From Malacoraja senta (taxonomy: Eukaryota): 64,000 nucleotides of DNA. The position numbers were made by a program, and so were the translations under genes. The stretch is taken from positions 3,660,001-3,724,000 of the forward strand of contig CM075995.1 in NCBI GenBank assembly GCA_038087875.1. Direction: 5' to 3'. A model generated the notes under the pieces. The model made no database searches. It was given only the letters and a program-made list of their open reading frames with translations, and was not told the DNA's origin. This document shows, in pieces, positions 61,800 to 64,000 of this stretch. Within the stretch, counting starts at the first letter, position 1; each line of letters opens with the position of its first letter.

Positions 61800-61980
61800 C
61801 ATACAGAATCACTTTAAACTGGGTCCAACATACAAATATGGAGCCTTGTATAAGAATGGATGCTGGCGAATATTTAACCCTGACTGGTTTCGAGCATATC
61901 CCTGGCTTGTATATAGCGATCATGTGGATGGCGTCTTTTGCCTACCTTGTGCCTTGTTTGTGAACAACAGGAAATCACTT
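61800..61980 (+). pseudogene. hAT transposase N-terminal TTF-type zinc-finger remnant
   Basis: RIFNPDWFRAYPWLVYSDHVDGVFCLPCALF fits the F..W...(Y/F)PWL.YS...D..FC..C..F pattern. Confidence 0.75.
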
Positions 61981-62624
61981 GTCGTCAAGTCGTCAAGTCA
62001 AGTCTATTTGTCACATGTACATACAAGATGTGCAGTAAAATGAAAGTGGCAATGCTTGCGGATTGTGCAAAACAAGGGAACAGGTGGTCCTGAATGTATA
62101 TTGCCATTTACCACTACTACTAATGCAAGGGCATTCGTTGCCCTTGCCCTGTAAACCAACCCTGGTTCTGCAAATCCTGTCATGCCACCCCCCTTTTTGA
62201 AAAGCTTCATACGGGCCTGAGAGAGCAGTCCTGAACTACTATCTACTTCATTGGTGGCCCTCGGACTATCTTTGATTGGACCTTGCACTAAAAGTTATTC
62301 CTTCATCATGTGTCTGTACACTGTAAATGGCTCGATTGTAATCATGTATTGTCTTTCCACTGACTGGATAGCACACAACAAAAGCTTTTAATTGTACCTC
62401 GGTACACGTGACAATAATCTAAACTAAACTAAACAGAGTCTAAATCCTTCTTCATTTGGTAAGCGGTGTACATTGGCATGCCCTAGCTTCTAATTCAGCA
62501 TTCATCTAGCCCGAAGTCTGCAAGATCCGATCCCTGCCTCAGGTAAGTCTCTGTCCCTTAAATGTCAAAGTAAATGCTCACAGGGGGCAACACGTTGTAG
62601 ATGACCAGAATGTCCACTCTACCT

Positions 62625-63040
62625 GTAGTCATAGAGTGATACAGTGTGGGAAAAGTCCCTTCGGCCCAACTTCACCACACCGACGAACATGTCCCTGTAT
62701 TCAAGAGATTTAGATATTGCTCTTATGGCTAATGGAATCAAGGGATATGGGGAGAAAGCAGGGTACTGATTTTGGATGATCAGCCATGATCATATTGAAT
62801 CGCCGTGCTGGCTCAAAGGGCAGAATTGCCTACTCCTGCACCTATATTCTATGTTTCTATGTCCCAGCTACACTAGTCCCGCTTGCATGCTTTTGGTCCA
62901 TATCCCTCCACACATGTCCTACCCATGTACCTGTCTAACTGTTTCTTAAACATTGGGATAGTCCCAGCCTCAACTACCTCCTCTGGCAGCTCGTTCCATT
63001 CACTCACCACCCTTAGTGTGAAAAAGCTACCCGTCAGATT
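62625..63040. mobile_element. CR1 3' fragment (minus strand) with a nested plus-strand CR1 tail
   Basis: FFTLRVVSEWNELPEEVVEA on the minus strand, and a plus-strand tail at about 62698-62860 between duplicated ATGTCCC. Confidence 0.8.
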
Positions 63041-63264
63041 CCTAGTCATGACTTGTGTTGTCAGCCTGACTTGCTGCTTGGTTTGAGTTGTGAGTTGACA
63101 ATTGCTCACTGATTCTCTCAAGGAGAAGTTAACACCATGAAATAATTGCCAAGATCACAGTGTCAGATATTAATTTATCAGCCAAATGCTAAATCTTGAA
63201 ACAGTGCAGCTGAACACAACATAGACATCCCAGTTTCCACGTCTGGCTGGAAGCCACTTACAGC

Positions 63265-63567
63265 TTTAGTTTAGTTTAGTTAAGAGATACAGCGTGAAAA
63301 CAGGCCCTTCGGCCCACTGAGTCCACACAGACCAGCGATCCCCGCACATTACATTATCCTACACGTACTAGGGACAATTTACACTTGTACCAAGCCAATT
63401 AACCGACGTCTTCGGAGTGTGGGAGGAAACCGGAGATGTCGGAGATAACCCACGCAGGTCACAGGGAGAACGTAAAAACTCCATACAGACAGCACCAGTA
63501 GTCGGGATCGAACACGGGTCTCTGGCGCTGCAAGCGCTGTAAGGTAGCAACTCTACCGCCGCGCCAC
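63265..63567 (-). mobile_element. HE1-type V-SINE, near full length
   Basis: A box TGGCGCGGCGG, B box GTTCGATCC, V-domain-like core and a (CTAAA)n tail. Confidence 0.85.
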
Positions 63568-64000
63568 AGAGCAGTTTGAGCTTTGTTTGAGCGAATATTG
63601 TACCATCAGCTCTTACATGTCTTTCCCTGCTGCAATTTGCAGGTCAATAACTAGTTACCATTAACTGAGCAGATTTGTTTTCTTGGCAAAAATAAGATAC
63701 AAGATGCTTATAAGATGCTTTGCCAATATCGTTACGAAATCCCAAACACCTAGTCCAAACTTACTGTTCCTGACATGGCTGAAATTAGTGATAGTGCATG
63801 AAGGCCAATAGATGCATGCAACAATGTCAAATGGCATGCAGCACATGCTAACCATCAAAAAATTCTCAAGCTCATTGTTCTTGAGCAACAAAGGACTTAG
63901 CCGATGAAGTGAGTCTTGCTTTAGCTTTAGAAAAGCACATCCTTAAATAATCAGTTGCCAATGAGGTTGAGTCATCCAACATCTTCCATTAGGTTTCAAT

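Larger units (their letters stand above)
57378..62219 (+). mobile_element. Composite hAT-like DNA transposon with a 5-bp TSD and nested inserts
   Basis: Imperfect TIRs CATGGCCGT and ACGGGCCTG. TSD AGAGA at 57373-57377 and 62220-62224. The host Rex1 tail resumes exactly after it, and an internal TTF-type zinc-finger remnant is present. Confidence 0.75.

Noticed and set aside
60927..61817. Long ORFs rich in Glu/Arg/Gly or Ser/Leu/Pro
   Set aside because: They are artefacts of the (CT)n tract, which lacks stop codons.

Overview
This is repeat-dense vertebrate genomic DNA. The repeat set (HE1-type V-SINEs, HER1/CR1 LINEs, Penelope tails) points to a cartilaginous fish, probably a skate or ray; the taxon is an inference. 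I found no credible host protein-coding exon. Most of the window is nested transposon debris: CR1, Rex1/Babar, L1, Penelope, SINEs, Harbinger and hAT-type MITEs, and Helitron-like elements. The main points of interest are: (1) two copies of a ~137-bp TSD-flanked retroposon whose 5' end is a minimal HDV-like ribozyme fold; (2) a chimera of a Tx1/Keno-like retrotransposon 3' end, U2 snRNA nt ~38 to its end, the U2 downstream flank and a CR1 tail; (3) two full-length but decayed DIRS1-type tyrosine-recombinase retrotransposons with short ITRs and an ICR, a shared |TTAAAA target, a shared splice donor and an extra covarying inverted repeat; (4) TIR elements with non-canonical 7-bp and 5-bp TSDs; (5) a GC-rich retroposon family with swapped 3' tails and a conserved structured motif; (6) many hammerhead-ribozyme motifs in Penelope tails; (7) several unique islands that may be conserved enhancers. 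All family names come from motif recognition by eye, with no database search. Boundaries are approximate unless a TSD or terminus is quoted.
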